Part shown: positions 60,801 to 64,000 of the stretch, piece after piece
Numbering within the stretch: the first letter of the stretch is position 1
Layout of the letters: each line of letters begins with the position of its first letter
Assembly: GCA_036867785.1 (NCBI GenBank)
Contig: CP145411.1
Coordinates: 1,612,001 to 1,676,000, forward strand
Direction of reading: 5' to 3'
DNA length: 64,000 bases
Source of the DNA: Plasmodiophora brassicae
Taxonomy: Eukaryota
Notes under the pieces: generated by a model
The model's database searches: none
What the model was told of the DNA's origin: nothing
What the model saw: the letters and a program-made list of their open reading frames with translations, nothing else
Program-made: the position numbers and the translations under genes

Positions 60801-61482
60801 AAACAGCCCTGAACGAAAAGGCAACGTCATTCAAACGTCCGGTTTTTCAAGGGTTACCAATACAGGGGAACAACCTTTTACGGAAACAGTCGTCCCAACC
60901 GACCTCGACGCATGACTCTGACATTTCAACGTGCCATCTGCCTCGTACACTAACAGGGCCCCGACGGTATCGTCACTCGTCCTCGTCGTAACCTACAACG
61001 CAACGTAAGACAGCGATTGGCGTCGCGCAGACCATGCAGGTCACCTCGAACGACGACGACAGCGCGCAGAGAGCGGCCAGCGCTTCTCCTCGAAACCCGA
61101 ACGTCTTCACCGACTCTAAGTCGCTGAACCGAGATATCTTCGACGTGTGATGCCTGTTGTGAAGCAGCACAACCTTTGAACAATGACCTCAGCCGAAGAA
61201 GCAATGCATCATACCGGAGGACAAGGTTCGGACGATCTTCGTTAATAATACCAACGCCATCATCACTGACGTTGATCTCATCCGCGCCACCGCCTTTCAA
61301 TCGAACATCGATGCGAGTCGCGCCCGCGTCCAACGCGTTTTCAATGAGCCTGCAGTGAAACGTCACCACGGAAGATTCGCTGGCGAAGACGCCGGGCAGT
61401 ACTCCTTCAGGGCGGTGCGCAGGTCGACGATAACCTGCGCGCCCGATAGCCGGTCGACGGCGGCGGACGACAGCGCGTGCAT
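57847..61482 (-). CDS. PMS2: MutL-family mismatch repair endonuclease PMS2 (yeast PMS1), many introns
   Basis: [64 protein letters not shown] endonuclease motif, [26 protein letters not shown]. Confidence 0.93.
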
Positions 61483-61720
61483 CGCTGGCAACGTCGGCGC
61501 AGTCCGCCTGCGCGCGCCTTTCACGCCCACAATCCCAACGAGCAGTCATTCCCGTGTGGGTATTATCCAAATGATATGCATGAGGCTGCCGTCTACACCA
61601 CGCGACCTGTCCGTCATCACGTAACGCGTCTACGTTACATCGGAGGGGGTATGCATCTCAGCTGCGGATGGGTTTGCGCGCGGCGCACCTACCAACGGTC
61701 CAGCTACCAGCATTGTCGAC

Positions 61721-62075
61721 ATGGCTCGATCACGATCGTCGGGACGGCAACGAACGCGCACCGCGGCCCAGTTCCGTGTCAGCAACCGCTCCAAATACCA
61801 GGTCCCTGCCGAGCTATGGGCGGACGCCGTTGTCGGTTTGGGCGTTGTCCGTCGTCGCCTGCGAGTGTCGCAGGGAACGAGCCGCTCTGTCACCGGGAGC
61901 AAGCCCCTGTCGAAGAACTCGGTGGATGCCTACGGCAAGCACATTCGCGGACTGAGGTACTATTGTTGCCTGGTGGGTGACTACTGACTACGACAGTCTG
62001 CTTGTTCTGCAGGACGATGCCCAGTCGGATCACTGTCCCGTCGATGAGTGCGAAGACTGTATCACTTCGTCCGGT
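61721..62075 (+). pseudogene. Frameshifted fragment, possibly the N-terminus of a Crypton-like tyrosine-recombinase element
   Basis: KPLSKNSVDAYGKHIRGLRYYCCLVGDY / DSLLVLQ...HCP / SMSAKTVSL, broken by a 7-bp duplication (tgactac x2) and a +1 shift. The family assignment is recalled resemblance only. Confidence 0.3.
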
Positions 62076-62147
62076 TCAAGACGGGCGTCAAGGGGACGCC
62101 TCTTGTCGATGCCTCCGGCATACCCGTGCTGGATCGGCGTGGAGAGC

Positions 62148-62275
62148 CCGAGAGCCGCATGCACGTAACAGCCGACTCGAACTGCTCCATGTTTCCAGGG
62201 CCGTTCCACCAACCTTAGCAAGCCTTGGGAACATGGAGCAGTTCGAGTCGGCTGTTACGTGCATGCGGCGCTCGG
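62148..62275 (+). repeat. Near-perfect inverted repeat (48-bp arms, 20-nt loop); candidate hairpin RNA
   Basis: 62154-62201 pairs with 62222-62269; the only two non-Watson-Crick positions are G-U on the + strand. Confidence 0.92.
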
Positions 62276-62312
62276 TCAACGTGGGAATTTTGAAGATGCG
62301 TGCAACGAATGC

Positions 62313-62767
62313 TGACGACGCGCAGTGTGCACGATAGCACCGCAATATCGGCGTCAGGACCTGGTTGACGAACGTTCTGGCGCTCAGTTAGGTCCTTTTT
62401 GCTGGCTGGCATCAACGCCTCGATCCATAGCAGAAGATCAATTTTCTCCGCAGAAGACGTGAGCTTGGCAAGCGTCGAACGTTCAGCGAGATCGATATCA
62501 CCGCCGGATCAATTACTACAGGTTCGTGTGCCACACCTGGCACACATGATGATACCGTTGGTGAATCAGGTCGTTCTGCAGCGGCTCGAGAACTCGGCGT
62601 CTCAGCAAAGTTCCCGTCTTCTGGGGAGAAGATTGATTTTCTGCTATCCATCGAGGCGTCGATGCCGGACAGCAAGAACGATTTGACCAAGCGCGCACGC
62701 ACGTTCGTCAATCAGGTCCTGGCGCCGGTACTGCGGTGCTATCGTGAACACTGAGCGCGCGTCGTCA
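62313..62767 (+). repeat. Long imperfect inverted repeat (about 450-nt fold-back); candidate hairpin RNA
   Basis: cagtgtgcacgatagcaccgca...gacgaacgt pairs with 62701-62753; ggcatc...cagaagacg pairs with about 62615-62667; internal gtgtgcca/tggcacac stem. Confidence 0.9.
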
Positions 62768-63038
62768 TAACTAGAACACACATGAAGATCGTGGGCAACA
62801 CGTCAATGCATAATGTACCGATCATAGATGCCGTACGGACACCGTGAACCAGCAGCATGGAGCGTATATGGAGCGTGCTCTAATCTGTCATTGCCCAAAG
62901 GAGTCCAACTCCCCGCACCCCCGGTTTTCGAAAGGGTGTGGTTGTGTGGATCCCCAATAAATTGGATGATTCGTTCCGCATTTACCTGCGTTTCCAGCTG
63001 GCAATGTGTTCTTGGCGGTATGCACGCGCCATCCAATT

Positions 63039-64000
63039 CACAACTTTCCTGGATGAGCATTATTGCAATGTGCTGCCTCGCGTCTGGGTCGTGGCTGCTA
63101 ATCGCGGCGTCCACGAATGTTTGAAAGTGATTTACTTTTTCGACTTCAACTTTTTCTTGGACGCGAAGGCGATATTGTTTGCCGCCAGATACGCGAGCAG
63201 CCGTTTGAACGGCCGATGCGCGTTCTTAAATTTTATGGTGCCTTGGAGGTCTCCGAAGGTGGACCCGGACGGTGATGCAGTCTTGTTCTTGATGCCCGGA
63301 TCGAGAACGACGAACACGACGTCGCGCGTAGCGGGTTGATAGAGGAAACACACCCGTCCGGCATCAAAAGCAATTTCAATCTCGCTGCATAAAGGGAGGC
63401 CATTCCACGGATTGTCGATGTCTTGTTCGGTCAGGTGGAAGGTCGGCAGAGCTTTTCGGCATCTGTAGTCCCACAGTGTTGCTCGCCGATGTGATCTGAT
63501 GGAATTTGCCCAGCAACCATGCAGTAGCTGCGATCGGCATCATAGAATTTGCGGACACGAGTCGCGAACTCGCTCTGTTGCGTACAAAGACGCGATGACG
63601 ACGACGATGCGCTCTGCGACCACGGCGGCCGAACGTACTTCGGGTGGAAGAGCGCTCGATGATAGTGCTGGACACTCGGGAGGACACGAATAGCGTCCGC
63701 AAGGGCTTTCGTTGATGACTGGCGATCGGCGCGCAGAATGCGCTCGTCCTGCATCCTCATCAGCTGCATTTCTAGAAGCTTGGCTTCCTGACCGTGAAGC
63801 TTGGCTTTCTGGTATTGAAGATGGACTTTCTCGGCTCCAAGGCGGAAGACGTGTTGACGGACCAGCTTTACGTCATCGTCGAACAGAATTCGCTCGTCAT
63901 ATGTCCACTCTGCACGGCCAACAATGAGGCATTGCAAACGGCCCAGCTTGAGTTCTATGTCGTTGATCTGTCTCGTCACCGAGGCGATCTCTGACTCGAC
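63039..64000 (-). pseudogene. Second, inverted and frameshifted copy of the coiled-coil HNH gene; 5' end beyond the window
   Basis: Highly similar to 56065-57066; 19-bp deletion at about 63475 removes VKAAHL; further indels near the 3' end. Confidence 0.9.

Noticed and set aside
1-61482. Genome-maintenance gene cluster (GCP2, MER3, Pol X, HAUS8, SAMHD1, Eco1, PMS2)
   Set aside because: Interspersed with unrelated genes in a gene-dense genome; no evidence of co-regulation.

Overview
Compact, GC-rich eukaryotic DNA with about 25 protein-coding genes, many short GT-AG introns (roughly 50-65 nt) and very short intergenic spacers. The style suggests a protist, possibly a plasmodiophorid such as Plasmodiophora, but that is inference only. 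Recognisable genes include GCP2, MER3/HFM1, a PPR-DYW protein, an X-family polymerase, LRRC49, a HAUS8/QWRF-like protein, three MFS transporters, a TPR-Hsp70 fusion, SAMHD1-like, GH16, two LtrA-like paralogs, a cathepsin D-like protease, NOP56, Eco1, an FKBP-TPR protein, a LOG2/MGRN1-like RING ligase, TPR-GT61 and PMS2. Highlights: (1) an unannotated snoRNA host gene at about 14.0-16.1 kb whose nine introns carry six recognisable box C/D rRNA guides and three copies of an orphan, structured C/D-like RNA with an invariant ACUUCUUACCCC motif; (2) an intronless plant-type PPR-E-DYW protein with intact deaminase motifs and a probable mitochondrial presequence; (3) two long fold-back hairpins with G-U-biased mismatches at 62.1-62.8 kb; (4) an inverted pair of coiled-coil HNH genes around PMS2, one inside a direct-repeat-bounded segment; (5) unusual architectures: a beta-trefoil inside GCP2, a lidless TPR-Hsp70 and a probably inactive Pol X. 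Exon boundaries were read by eye and are approximate.
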